Source: Nocardioides pelophilus (lineage in GTDB: Bacteria > Actinomycetota > Actinomycetes > Propionibacteriales > Nocardioidaceae). From it: DNA of 40,000 bases. The position numbers and the translations under genes are program-made. The first letter of the stretch is position 1, and every line of letters starts with the position of its first letter. The stretch is from positions 97,976 to 137,975 of the forward strand of contig NZ_JACEHF010000001.1 of assembly GCF_014180685.1 (NCBI RefSeq), written 5' to 3'. The notes below the pieces were generated by a model, which searched no databases, was not told the origin of the DNA, and saw nothing but the letters and a program-made list of their open reading frames with translations. Of the stretch, positions 1 through 8,762 are shown one piece after another.

Positions 1-486
1 TCCGCCGTCGAGGGAGAGGATCTTGTACTGCTCGATGCCCGGCAGAGCGGAACCGACGACTCCGAAGTAGGAGTACAAGGCGAAGTGGACACCTTCCTGG
101 CCGAGCTCGCGGGTGACCTGGACGCCGGCCTGGGTGTCACCGGACTTGTGGTCCTTGAGCACGATCTGGAAATCCGGGCCGCCAGCGGCCTTAATCTGGG
201 CGGCAGCGAGCTTGGCGCCGTTGGCCTGCACCTTGCCGTAGTAGGAACCGGGGCCCGAGAGCGCAAGAACGAGGCCCACCTTGATCTTCTGACCACCAGC
301 GAGGTGGTCCGGGTCGGCTCCGCTGAGCCTGACCAGGTCCCTGACCGAGCTCTTGTCGACCGTGACGTCATTGTCGTCGCCTCCGCTTGGGGACGAACCG
401 CAGGCCGCGAGGGCGGCAATGGCCAACGTACTCACGCATGCCGCGACGACGGCGCGCCGACGGAAACGGCTGAATGGGGACCGCAC
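1..486 (-). CDS. ABC transporter substrate-binding lipoprotein (LivK-like / type-1 periplasmic binding protein); C-terminal part cut off by the window edge
   Basis: Absent from the ORF track because it runs off the window. Reverse translation from GTG at 484-486 (aaggagag RBS 4 nt upstream) gives VRSPFSRFRRRAVVAACVSTLAIAALAACGSSPSGG: a signal peptide plus lipobox LAAC. It continues KIKVGLVLALSGPGSYYGKVQANGAKLAAAQIKAAGG, typical of branched-chain-amino-acid-type binding proteins. The + ORF 85..504 is its antisense shadow. Confidence 0.6.
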   Translation of the reverse strand, partial: MRSPFSRFRRRAVVAACVSTLAIAALAACGSSPSGGDDNDVTVDKSSVRDLVRLSGADPDHLAGGQKIKVGLVLALSGPGSYYGKVQANGAKLAAAQIKAAGGPDFQIVLKDHKSGDTQAGVQVTRELGQEGVHFALYSYFGVVGSALPGIEQYKILSLDGG

Positions 487-706
487 AATTCTCTCCTTGT
501 GTAACTATCGGACATGCGTGTGTGCAATATGCACCTGGCGGGAGAGCATGAGTGACTCGCGTCACCCCTGTCAAGTACCTTGCCGTGATTTCGTTCACAT
601 ATTGGTGACACAATGGCGGACCGTGTACTTGTTGCACATCCGATGATCGGTCCCGGACGGACGATCTGTTCAGCCGGCTCGATCCCTCAGTCCTAAGGTG
701 AGCGTC

Positions 707-1438
707 ATGGCACAGGCCCCCGAACCCCGCAAGACCGACGATGTAGCCGACGAGTCAGCCGTCTCCTCGCGCAACATCGGGTCGAAGACCCTCGCACGCG
801 GCCTGCGCGCCCTCGAGCTGGTAGCGACCACGGTCGACGGACTGACGGTCCAAGAGCTCGCCATGACACTCCACATCCACCGGACGATCGCGTACCGAGT
901 GCTAGCGACGCTGGAGGACTTCCGCCTGGTCGCCAAGGATGCCGAAGGCCGCTATCGCGCCGGCAGCGGGCTCTCTGCCCTGGCTCACCATGTTCAGCAC
1001 GGTCTGCGAGACAAGGTGGAGCCTCATCTGCGGTCCCTGGCGCGTGAACTCCAAGCCACCGTTGCTCTCATTGTGGTCGAAGGCCGCGAGGCCGTTGCCG
1101 TGTCCGTGATCGAGCCGCCGGACTCCAGCTACCACCTTTCCTTTCGCGCCGGCAGCCGTCACCCGCTGGACCGCGGCTCGGCCGGACGTGCGCTCACCGC
1201 CGCGATGCCTGCCTCCCCCGATGACCCCGACGAGGTCAAACAGACCCGCGAACGGGGCTATGCCCGCACTCACGGCGAGGTTGAACCCGGGGCCTACGGA
1301 CTGGCATTCCCGCTCAAGTACGTGCCCGGTCTCCCAGCCGCATGCATCAACCTCATCACCTACCGCGAGGACCTGATCGAGCGAGCTCTCCCGATCATGG
1401 CCGCCGAGGTCGCCGTGATCAACGCCGAGCTCCACTGA
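707..1438 (+). CDS. IclR-family transcriptional regulator
   Basis: N-terminal wHTH 'LARGLRALELVATTVDGLTVQELAMTLHIHRTIAYRVLATLEDFRLV' followed by an IclR-type effector domain. ATG 707 is preferred because of the aaggtga RBS at 695-701; the track start GTG 698 is the alternative. Confidence 0.85.
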   Translation: MAQAPEPRKTDDVADESAVSSRNIGSKTLARGLRALELVATTVDGLTVQELAMTLHIHRTIAYRVLATLEDFRLVAKDAEGRYRAGSGLSALAHHVQHGLRDKVEPHLRSLARELQATVALIVVEGREAVAVSVIEPPDSSYHLSFRAGSRHPLDRGSAGRALTAAMPASPDDPDEVKQTRERGYARTHGEVEPGAYGLAFPLKYVPGLPAACINLITYREDLIERALPIMAAEVAVINAELH

Positions 1439-1780
1439 CAAGACGGCCCGCCACAGCGAGGGCGCCCGCGAGTCGGCGCAGGATCCACCTAACCCAAGCA
1501 GACGCCTGGCAGCGACCAGCTCGCCGCGAGACGCCAGTCGCCTGGCCGCCGTAGGTCAGCTGTGCGACCGCGCTCTCGCCCTTCCGCAGGCCGCCGCAAG
1601 GACGCGCTGTCATCGAACAAATGCGGTAGGCCTGTTGCGACCTCCGTTCAACTCAACGCAGGCATCTCTCCCGAGCTCACCATTCCTCCCCTGCCCTTGG
1701 GCGGCTCCCCTGGACGCATCGAGTCCTCACCAGACCCTTGCCAAAGTCGTGACGTCTGCCACATGATGTCCCAATCTTCT

Positions 1781-1801
1781 ATTTACACAGAGCGTGTAAA
1801 T
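1781..1801. promoter_or_regulatory. AT-rich perfect palindrome (operator candidate) directly upstream of the FAD-oxidoreductase gene
   Basis: atttacac-agagc-gtgtaaat: 8-bp perfect inverted arms with a 5-bp spacer. It lies in an unusually AT-rich patch 17 nt upstream of ATG 1818. The IclR gene is the nearest regulator. Confidence 0.4.
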
Positions 1802-1817
1802 ATAGAAATGAGGGCTC

Positions 1818-3452
1818 ATGATTGAGGCATCAGAGCGCCCCGGCCCATACGACGTCGACGTCGACGTCGTCGTCGCCGGCAGCGGCGCAGCAGGAATGTC
1901 GACAGCGGTCATCGCCGCTTCGCTCGGCCGGAAGGTCCTCGTGCTCGAACGTGCTTCCCGGTTCGGCGGGACAACCCGCAAGTCCGCAGCAGGTGTCTGG
2001 ATCCCGAACAACCGGTTCCTGCAAGAGAAGGGCATCGAGGACAACAAGCTCGACGTCCTGAAGTACCTAGCCCGCATTGGCCGCCCAGCAATGTACGACC
2101 CAGATTCCCCCACCCTCGGCCTCGACCAGTGGGAGTACGACGGCCTCGAGGCCTTCTATGACCACGGTGCGAGAGCTCATGCCGCACTCGAAGAACTCGA
2201 CGCGCTGCATCTCGCCCAAGCCACCAACGGCCTCATCGACTATCTCGCCCACCTCCCTGAGAACAAGATGCCCGAGGGTCGAGGCATGTACCAGGCAGCC
2301 TCAATGGGCGGCGCAGACGGCGGCCAGCTGCTGATCGACGACTTCGTCAACGCGGCGCGCAACCTCCAGGTCGACCTACGCACCGAACACCGGGTCGTCG
2401 ACACCATCATCGACCGGGGCAGGGTGGTCGGCGTCGTCGTCGAGACCGCCGCCGGCGAGCGCCTCGAGATCCACGCCCGCGTCGGGGTAGTCCTGGCCAC
2501 AGGCGGATTCACCCACAACGCCGAGATGCGATTGAACTTCCTCGACGGTCCCTACATCGGCGGGTGCGCCGTGCCCACCAACACCGGCGACTCGGTCGCG
2601 ATCGCCTCCGAGCTCGGCGCCCAACTCTCGAACATGAACCAGGGATGGGCCGGGCCGATCGTGGTCGAACGCCTCCTCAAGGAACCCACCGAGGTCTTCT
2701 GCTCCTTCTACACCCTCGGCGACGGACTCGTATCGGTGAACTGCGGAGGCAAGCGAGTAGCCAACGAAAAGGCCCCGTACAACGAGCTCGCCCGAGTCAT
2801 GGCCGCCTACGACCCGCGCACCCTGCGCTACGAGAACTTCCCGCTCATCACTATCTGGGACCAGCAGGTTGCCGACCGGTGGGCCATCGACCGGCTCGGA
2901 AACCCGGTCCCGGTCGACCCCGATAACGCCTACTGGGTCATCTCAGGCGACACCCTTGAGGAGCTCGTCCACGCCATCGACGAGCGACTGGCCGAGCTCG
3001 GCAGCCACGTTGGGCACCGACGCCTCGAGCCGGACTTCGCCGCGCAATTGAAGGAGACACTGAACCGGTTCGCCGGCTTCGCCGCGGATGGCGTCGACGC
3101 CGACTTCCACCGGGGCGAAACTCGTTTCGAGCGCTACGTCAGCTCTCGGTTCGGCGACGGCGACGGCAAGAACCCGCTGCTCAGGGCGCTCGACACCGAC
3201 GGCCGGCTCCACGCCACGATCCTGGCTCCGGGACTGCTCGATACCAAGGGCGGACCGCGCACCGACCTGCAGGGTCGGGTCCTCAACACGCGCGGTGAGC
3301 GCATCGAAGGCCTCTACGCCATCGGCAACGCCGCCGCCTCCCCATCAGGTCAGGGCTACGCGGGAGCCGGCGGAACCCTCGGACCAATCGTCACCTACGG
3401 ATACCTCGCCGGCCGGTACCTCGGCTCCGATCAGGTCTCCGTGCACCCCTAG
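1818..3452 (+). CDS. FAD-dependent oxidoreductase (3-ketosteroid-delta1-dehydrogenase / fumarate-reductase flavoprotein-like)
   Basis: N-terminal dinucleotide fold 'DVDVVVAGSGAAGMSTAVIAASLGRKVLVLERASRFGGTT'; C-terminal 'GLYAIGNAAASPSGQGYAGAGGTLGPIVTYG' typical of the KstD/FRD flavoprotein family; 544 aa. Confidence 0.8.
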   Translation: MIEASERPGPYDVDVDVVVAGSGAAGMSTAVIAASLGRKVLVLERASRFGGTTRKSAAGVWIPNNRFLQEKGIEDNKLDVLKYLARIGRPAMYDPDSPTLGLDQWEYDGLEAFYDHGARAHAALEELDALHLAQATNGLIDYLAHLPENKMPEGRGMYQAASMGGADGGQLLIDDFVNAARNLQVDLRTEHRVVDTIIDRGRVVGVVVETAAGERLEIHARVGVVLATGGFTHNAEMRLNFLDGPYIGGCAVPTNTGDSVAIASELGAQLSNMNQGWAGPIVVERLLKEPTEVFCSFYTLGDGLVSVNCGGKRVANEKAPYNELARVMAAYDPRTLRYENFPLITIWDQQVADRWAIDRLGNPVPVDPDNAYWVISGDTLEELVHAIDERLAELGSHVGHRRLEPDFAAQLKETLNRFAGFAADGVDADFHRGETRFERYVSSRFGDGDGKNPLLRALDTDGRLHATILAPGLLDTKGGPRTDLQGRVLNTRGERIEGLYAIGNAAASPSGQGYAGAGGTLGPIVTYGYLAGRYLGSDQVSVHP

Positions 3453-3527
3453 ACCCCGAAGACAACGACCTCACTACATGGCCCCCTTCGCGCAAAGCGC
3501 ACCCGCCTCACAAGAAGAAGGAAGCAG

Positions 3528-3950
3528 ATGACCAGCTCCTACGGCGACGACGTCGCCGCCATCATCCGTCTCAGGTCCGAGTACTCCTGGGCGTACGACA
3601 ACGGCGACGCCGCTACGTTCGGTGCCCTGTTCGCCGAAGACGGCGAGTGCAACCTGGGCGACTGGGGTGTGTTCGCCGGCCCGGCCGCGATCACCGCGGG
3701 CATCGCCGGACAGCTCGTCGCCCCCGACCCGGCCCCCGCCTGCCTGCACCACGCCACCACCCCGCGCATCGAGGTCGACGGCGACTCTGCCGAGGGCACC
3801 TGGTACGTGACCGTCTACCACCAGCCCCGCGAAGGCGACGTCCACCCGGTCCGGTTCGTCGGCCGCTACTTCGACACCTACACCCGCAAGCCGGACGGCT
3901 GGAAGTTCGCCAGCGTCCGTCTCGACCCCTACTGGTTCGCCGGCTACTGA
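3528..3950 (+). CDS. SnoaL-like / NTF2-fold protein
   Basis: 140 aa. 'IIRLRSEYSWAYDNGDAATFGALFAEDGEC' is the typical SnoaL_4-type opening and the size fits. gaaggaag RBS upstream. Confidence 0.65.
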   Translation: MTSSYGDDVAAIIRLRSEYSWAYDNGDAATFGALFAEDGECNLGDWGVFAGPAAITAGIAGQLVAPDPAPACLHHATTPRIEVDGDSAEGTWYVTVYHQPREGDVHPVRFVGRYFDTYTRKPDGWKFASVRLDPYWFAGY

Positions 3951-4011
3951 GTCACCCCGAACACCCCGCCCCTACCCGGCTGACGCACGGCCGCCTAACA
4001 AAGGAGAACCC

Positions 4012-4950
4012 GTGAAGGGTTGGCAGTTCACCCATACCAATAACCCACTTGAGGTGGTCACTCTTCCCGACCCCGAGCCGGGGCCGGGCGAGGTTGTCGT
4101 CGCTGTCAAGGCCGCCGGCCTGTGCCACTCTGACGCCTCCCTGTTCGAGGACGAGAAGTGGCTCCAGATGATGGACCTTCCCGTCATCCCCGGCCACGAG
4201 ATCGCCGGTCTCGTCGAGTCAGTCGGCCCCGGCGTCAGCAGCCGCAAGGCCGGCGACCGCGTCGTGGTGTTCCCGATGCTGAGCTGGCACGGGTACATGC
4301 GCAACGGAGGCTTCGGCACCAAGGTGCTCGCCCAGGCCGAGGCCCTTGTTCCCATCCCCGACAATGTCTCCTTCGAGATCGCGGCAACCTCCACTGACGC
4401 CGGTATGACCTCTCACGCCGCGGTCATCACCACCGGCCAGGTCAAGGCCGGCGAACGCGTCGGCATCATCGGCTTCGGCGGACTCGGTCAGATTGGCGCA
4501 CGGGTCGCGATCTTGACCGGCGCCGAGGTGCACGTCGCCGAGATCAACGAGGCCGCCTGGGACAGCGTGATGGAGTCCGGCGCCAAGCAGGTCGTCAAGG
4601 ACGTCACGGAGTTCGCCGGCCTCGACCTCGACGTCATCGTGGATTTCGCCGGCTTCGGCACCACCACGGCTGGCGCCATCGAGGTCATCGGCGACGACGG
4701 CCGAGTCGTCGTGGTCGGAATGGCGAAGCTCGAGGCGACCATCAATACCTACCCGCTGATCATGAAGAACGTGAAGGTGCTGGGCAACGTGGGTGGAACT
4801 GCGGACGACATCGCCGCCGTCCTGGCCTGGATGAGCAGCGGCGACATCAAGCCGCGCACCGAGCACACCGACTTCGGCGGTATCCCCGCCGGTCTTGAGC
4901 GACTCCACCGCGGCGAGGTCCGCGGTCGCCTGATCGCCAGCTACAAGTAG
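4012..4950 (+). CDS. Zinc-dependent alcohol dehydrogenase (MDR family)
   Basis: 'GLCHSDASLF' and 'PVIPGHEIAG' catalytic-zinc motifs; 'GIIGFGGLGQIG' Rossmann motif. GTG start with aaggag RBS. Confidence 0.85.
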   Translation: MKGWQFTHTNNPLEVVTLPDPEPGPGEVVVAVKAAGLCHSDASLFEDEKWLQMMDLPVIPGHEIAGLVESVGPGVSSRKAGDRVVVFPMLSWHGYMRNGGFGTKVLAQAEALVPIPDNVSFEIAATSTDAGMTSHAAVITTGQVKAGERVGIIGFGGLGQIGARVAILTGAEVHVAEINEAAWDSVMESGAKQVVKDVTEFAGLDLDVIVDFAGFGTTTAGAIEVIGDDGRVVVVGMAKLEATINTYPLIMKNVKVLGNVGGTADDIAAVLAWMSSGDIKPRTEHTDFGGIPAGLERLHRGEVRGRLIASYK

Positions 4951-4964
4951 ACGAACACAAGGAG

Positions 4965-5729
4965 ATGAGCGAACGGATGACTGACATTCTCGACGGCCGC
5001 GTGGTCGTCGTCACTGGCGCCGGGCAGGGAGTGGGCCTGGGCATCGCCCAGGTCCTGGCCGGGCACGGAGCCACCGTCGCGATGACCGACATCGACCTGA
5101 AGCGTGTCGAGGAGTCGGCCGCGAAGCTGCGCGCTGAAGGTGCGCAGGCACAGGCCTTCGCCCACGACGTCAGTGACCCCGGCAACACTCGTGCGGTCCT
5201 GACCTCGATCCTCGAGTCTTTCGGACGCTACGACGCTTTGGTCAACAATGCAGGCGTGGCGACTCAGTGCGGTTTCGAGAACGTCTCCGAGGAGGACTGG
5301 GACCGGATCACCGGGATCAACCTTCGTGGCGCCTTCTTCGCCGCCCAAGCCGCCGGGGTGTACTTCAAGCAGCGCGGCGAGGGTGGCCGCATCGTCAACA
5401 TCGGGTCCTTTGTCTCCCGCAAGGCGGTGGAGGAGTACATCATCTACAACGTCAGCAAGGCCGGCATCGTGATGATGACTGAGACGCTCGCGCTCGAACT
5501 AGGCCCGCACAACGTCAACGTAAACTCCGTTTGCCCGGGCATCGTCCGGACCCCGATCTGGGACACGCTGGACCCCGAGCAGTGGACCCGGCAGGAGCAG
5601 CAGGTTCCGCTGCGTCGCGGACAGCGGCCCGAGGACATCGGGGAGGCTGTGGCATTCCTCCTCTCCGCAGCGGGTTCCAACATCACCGGCGCTTCGCTCC
5701 CGGTGACCGGCGGCCTGGCGATGTGGTGA
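4965..5729 (+). CDS. Short-chain dehydrogenase/reductase (SDR)
   Basis: 'GRVVVVTGAGQGVGLGIA' (TGxxxGxG), 'NNAG', 'YNVSKAG' (YxxxK). An alternative start at ATG 4977 is possible. Confidence 0.9.
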   Translation: MSERMTDILDGRVVVVTGAGQGVGLGIAQVLAGHGATVAMTDIDLKRVEESAAKLRAEGAQAQAFAHDVSDPGNTRAVLTSILESFGRYDALVNNAGVATQCGFENVSEEDWDRITGINLRGAFFAAQAAGVYFKQRGEGGRIVNIGSFVSRKAVEEYIIYNVSKAGIVMMTETLALELGPHNVNVNSVCPGIVRTPIWDTLDPEQWTRQEQQVPLRRGQRPEDIGEAVAFLLSAAGSNITGASLPVTGGLAMW

Positions 5730-6112
5730 CGACCGGTCCGTGGCGGGCGGGGACCTGAGCGTTCCGGCACCGTGCCGAACGAGACCCGGTGGGCGCCGGC
5801 GTGAGCCAAGGCGTTTCCCAGTTGAGGCGAAGGTCGGTCGGAAAGGTTCGTCTCGAGAACTGGCTCTTGAGGATCTGGAGGTCGCGCCCGGACACGTCAT
5901 TGGTGATGAACGTGACCAGGACGAGCGACTCGAGCGCGGAGAAGCCGACAACGTGGGTACGACGGCGGAGGGATGACGCCACCGCGGCGCGGCACTCCGC
6001 CCCTGATTGCGGCGGCTACCTGTCGTTGTCGAAGCCCTTGACCTGACCGTCATTACCGGCCGTGCAAATCATCCACCATGCCAAGGTGCGTGACTGGCTG
6101 CTCACCGTCCGT

Positions 6113-6754
6113 TCAGAGGACCTGCGGCACCTCGGGCAGTGGAAGCGCAGCGATCCTGGATGCTTCTCCCGCGTCCAAGCCGAGCAGGAGAAGGACATGC
6201 TTGGTGAAGGTGTCGGAGATCTGAGCATCGTCAAGCGAGGGATTCGCGTCGAGCATCTGCAGCAGCCCGAGCAGCGCGCCGCCGACGGCCATGAGCGCTG
6301 ACTCTGGATCGGGCATGGTGAACCGGCCCGTCTCGATCCCGCGCCGGAGGTCGGCCATCGCTCGCGGCCGTAGCCCTCGGTCGGTCAGCAGGATCGAGGC
6401 GCCAGCGTTGAGGATGACGCGCACGAGCTCGGGTAGCTGGCGTTGCAGGCGACCCGACATTCGGAAGCTGGTCGCGAAGATCTCGGCTGGGTCCTCGAGG
6501 CCGGCGACGATCTCGTCGCGGAAGGCGCCCCAGACGTCCAGGGCGGATTCGACGGCCTCGGTGAAGAGCGCTTCCTTCGACTCGAAGTGGTTGTAGAAGG
6601 TGCCGAACCCGACGTCTGCGGCGTCGGTGATCTCCTGGATGCTCGCGTTCGACCGTCCTTCGGCCAGCAGTTCCTGGGCCGCCGTGATGAGTGCGTTCCG
6701 GGTCCGCTCGCGGCGGCGATCGACCCGTGTCGGGGCGGCAGCGGTCTCTGTCAT
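6113..6754 (-). CDS. TetR-family transcriptional regulator
   Basis: 'RRERTRNALITAAQELLAEGRSNASIQEITDAADVGFGTFYNHFESKEALF' is a TetR HTH. The start is set at the internal ATG (6752-6754); the Arg-rich 74-codon extension in track ORF 6113..6976 overlaps the divergent hydrolase gene and is not credible. Confidence 0.85.
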   Translation of the reverse strand: MTETAAAPTRVDRRRERTRNALITAAQELLAEGRSNASIQEITDAADVGFGTFYNHFESKEALFTEAVESALDVWGAFRDEIVAGLEDPAEIFATSFRMSGRLQRQLPELVRVILNAGASILLTDRGLRPRAMADLRRGIETGRFTMPDPESALMAVGGALLGLLQMLDANPSLDDAQISDTFTKHVLLLLGLDAGEASRIAALPLPEVPQVL

Positions 6755-6768
6755 GACCCATATCATAC

Positions 6769-6828
6769 CTGATGACTTCATCAGAAACACTTGACAGAGG
6801 GTCTCATCGTTAGTGATGCTTTCATCAG
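6769..6828. promoter_or_regulatory. Two related operator-like inverted repeats bracketing a TTGACA box in the divergent TetR/hydrolase intergenic region
   Basis: ctgatga-ct-tcatcag (6769-6784, perfect 7-bp arms) and gtgatgc-tt-tcatcag (6813-6828, imperfect copy). ttgaca lies at 6791-6796 between them. Confidence 0.45.
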
Positions 6829-6849
6829 TTAGCCAAGAGAGGGCCACTG

Positions 6850-7728
6850 ATGACCACCACGAACGAGCTCCCCCGCACCGAGCACTCCATCCGCGTCGGC
6901 CACCGCGACATCTTCGTGATCGAAGCCGGCACGGGCGACCCGGTCGTCCTGCTTCACGGGGGCGGCGCAGGCGCAACCGGGGGCTCGAACTACTCGCGCA
7001 ACATCGAGGCGCTGGCCGCCCACTTCCGCGTGATCGTCCCCGACATGCCGGGCTACGGGCAGTCCTCGAAGACTCTCGACCACAGCGATCCCTTCGGCGA
7101 CCTGGCCAGCGCGATGCGCGGCCTGCTCGACGAGCTCGGCATCGACAAGGCCCACTTCGTGGGCAACTCGTACGGCGGCGCCGCGGCCCTTCGCTTGGCG
7201 ATGGACCGGCCCGACAAGGTCGACAAGTTGATCCTGATGGGCCCGGGCGGCATCGGCACCACTCGCGGGCTGCCCACCAAGGGCCTCAACAGCCTGCTGA
7301 GCTACTACGGCGGCGAGGGGCCGACCCGCGAGAAGCTGGAGACCTTCATCCGGGAGTACCTCGTCTTTGACGGCGCGAGCGTGCCGCAGGACCTCATCGA
7401 ACTTCGCTACCAGGCCAGCATCCAGCCCGAGGTCGTCGCGAACCCCCCGCTTCGGCGCCCGTCAGGGCCGACCGCACTCAAGACGCTGATCAGGATGGAC
7501 TTCACCCGCGACAAGCGGCTGGCCAGCGTGCAGGCACCGACCCTGGTGATCTGGGGCCGAGACGACAAGGTCAACCGGCCCGCCGGCGGCGTGACCCTGG
7601 CCAACACCATGCCCAACTGCGACCTCTTCCAGGTGGCCAACACCGGCCACTGGGTGCAGTGGGAACGGGCGGAGCTGTTCAACGCGATGGCGATCGACTT
7701 CTTCGGCAGCGACAAGGCGCAGCCGTGA
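6850..7728 (+). CDS. Alpha/beta hydrolase, meta-cleavage-product (C-C bond) hydrolase, BphD/HsaD/MhpC-like
   Basis: 'VVLLHGGGAGA', nucleophile elbow 'GNSYGG', 'LILMGPGG', 'TGHWVQWE'. It sits next to an extradiol dioxygenase. Confidence 0.85.
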   Translation: MTTTNELPRTEHSIRVGHRDIFVIEAGTGDPVVLLHGGGAGATGGSNYSRNIEALAAHFRVIVPDMPGYGQSSKTLDHSDPFGDLASAMRGLLDELGIDKAHFVGNSYGGAAALRLAMDRPDKVDKLILMGPGGIGTTRGLPTKGLNSLLSYYGGEGPTREKLETFIREYLVFDGASVPQDLIELRYQASIQPEVVANPPLRRPSGPTALKTLIRMDFTRDKRLASVQAPTLVIWGRDDKVNRPAGGVTLANTMPNCDLFQVANTGHWVQWERAELFNAMAIDFFGSDKAQP

Positions 7729-8762
7729 GCGACTTCTTCCGGCCCAACACCGACGGGTCGGTCTTCGGCGCCGTCCACCTCGGCTACCTGGTGGTCGAGT
7801 CGCAAAGGCTTACCGACTGGCGCCGCTTCGGCGCCGACGCGATCGGCCTCCACGTCGACGAGGTCACCGAGGACGTCCTGCGCTTCCGGCTCGACGACCG
7901 CGAGTGCCGGTTCCTGATCCAGCGCGGACCAGCCGAGGACCTGATGGCGGTCGGCTGGCACGTCGACGACCACGAGACGTTCGACCGGATCGTCAAGCGC
8001 GTCACCGAGCGCGGCGTACCCCTCGCCGAAGGCACCCCCGAGGAGGCTGCCCTGCGCGGTGTCGAGCGGCTGTGGCGGTTCGCCGGCCCCAAGGGCATCG
8101 TCCAGGAGATCTTCACGACCCCGACCACCACCAGCAGGCCGCTGCGGATGATCAACAGCGGCTGGGTCACCGGCGAGGGCGGCATGGGCCACGTCGCGAT
8201 CACCTCACGCGACCCGCGTGGCATCCACGGCTACTACAACACCGTCTTCGACTCCCGGCTCTCTGACTTCATCGACGAGAACATCAGCGGCCTGACGTTG
8301 AAGATCCGGTTCCTGCGGGTCAACGAGCGCCACCACTCGATTGCGGTCGCCAACGTGCAGGGCCTCAACATCGACCCCATCCGCACGCGAGCCCAGCACG
8401 TCAACATCCAGGCAGCATCGCTCGAGGACATGATCAGCTCCTATGAGCGGGTCCGGCGTCTTGGGTTCCGGATGGCCTGGTCGGTCGGCCAGCACACCAA
8501 CGACCGCGAGCTCTCCTTCTACTGCGTGACGCCGAGCGGGTTCGAGCTCGAGGTCGGCTGGAACCCGATCGTTATCACCCCCGAGCTCGAGGCCGCCTGG
8601 CAGGTCGCCACCCATCAGGGCATCAGCATCTGGGGCCACACCCCCGTCCACGACGGGGTCCTCGACAAGCTCGGCCAGCTGCGGCAAGCCGCCCGCAACG
8701 CCCGTCGTCCAGAGATCAACGTTCCCGAACTCAGCACCCCGTTCACAGGAGCCCCGGCATGA
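7725..8762 (+). CDS. Type I extradiol ring-cleavage dioxygenase (VOC superfamily, BphC-like)
   Basis: 'HLGYLVVES', 'MGHVAITSRD', 'RFLRVNERHHSIAV', 'GFELEVGW' are consistent with His/His/Glu iron ligands. The start is set at GTG 7725, which overlaps the hydrolase stop (GTGA); the track start 7659 lies inside the upstream gene. Confidence 0.8.
   Translation: MSDFFRPNTDGSVFGAVHLGYLVVESQRLTDWRRFGADAIGLHVDEVTEDVLRFRLDDRECRFLIQRGPAEDLMAVGWHVDDHETFDRIVKRVTERGVPLAEGTPEEAALRGVERLWRFAGPKGIVQEIFTTPTTTSRPLRMINSGWVTGEGGMGHVAITSRDPRGIHGYYNTVFDSRLSDFIDENISGLTLKIRFLRVNERHHSIAVANVQGLNIDPIRTRAQHVNIQAASLEDMISSYERVRRLGFRMAWSVGQHTNDRELSFYCVTPSGFELEVGWNPIVITPELEAAWQVATHQGISIWGHTPVHDGVLDKLGQLRQAARNARRPEINVPELSTPFTGAPA

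Noticed and set aside
6755-6976. N-terminal extensions of track ORFs: TetR to 6976, FAH to 16307, VOC dioxygenase to 17539, PLD to 34478, extradiol dioxygenase from 7659.
   Set aside because: The extensions are Arg/Pro/Gly-rich and overlap neighbouring genes extensively. Internal ATG/GTG starts give family-typical N-termini and ATGA/GTGA coupling.
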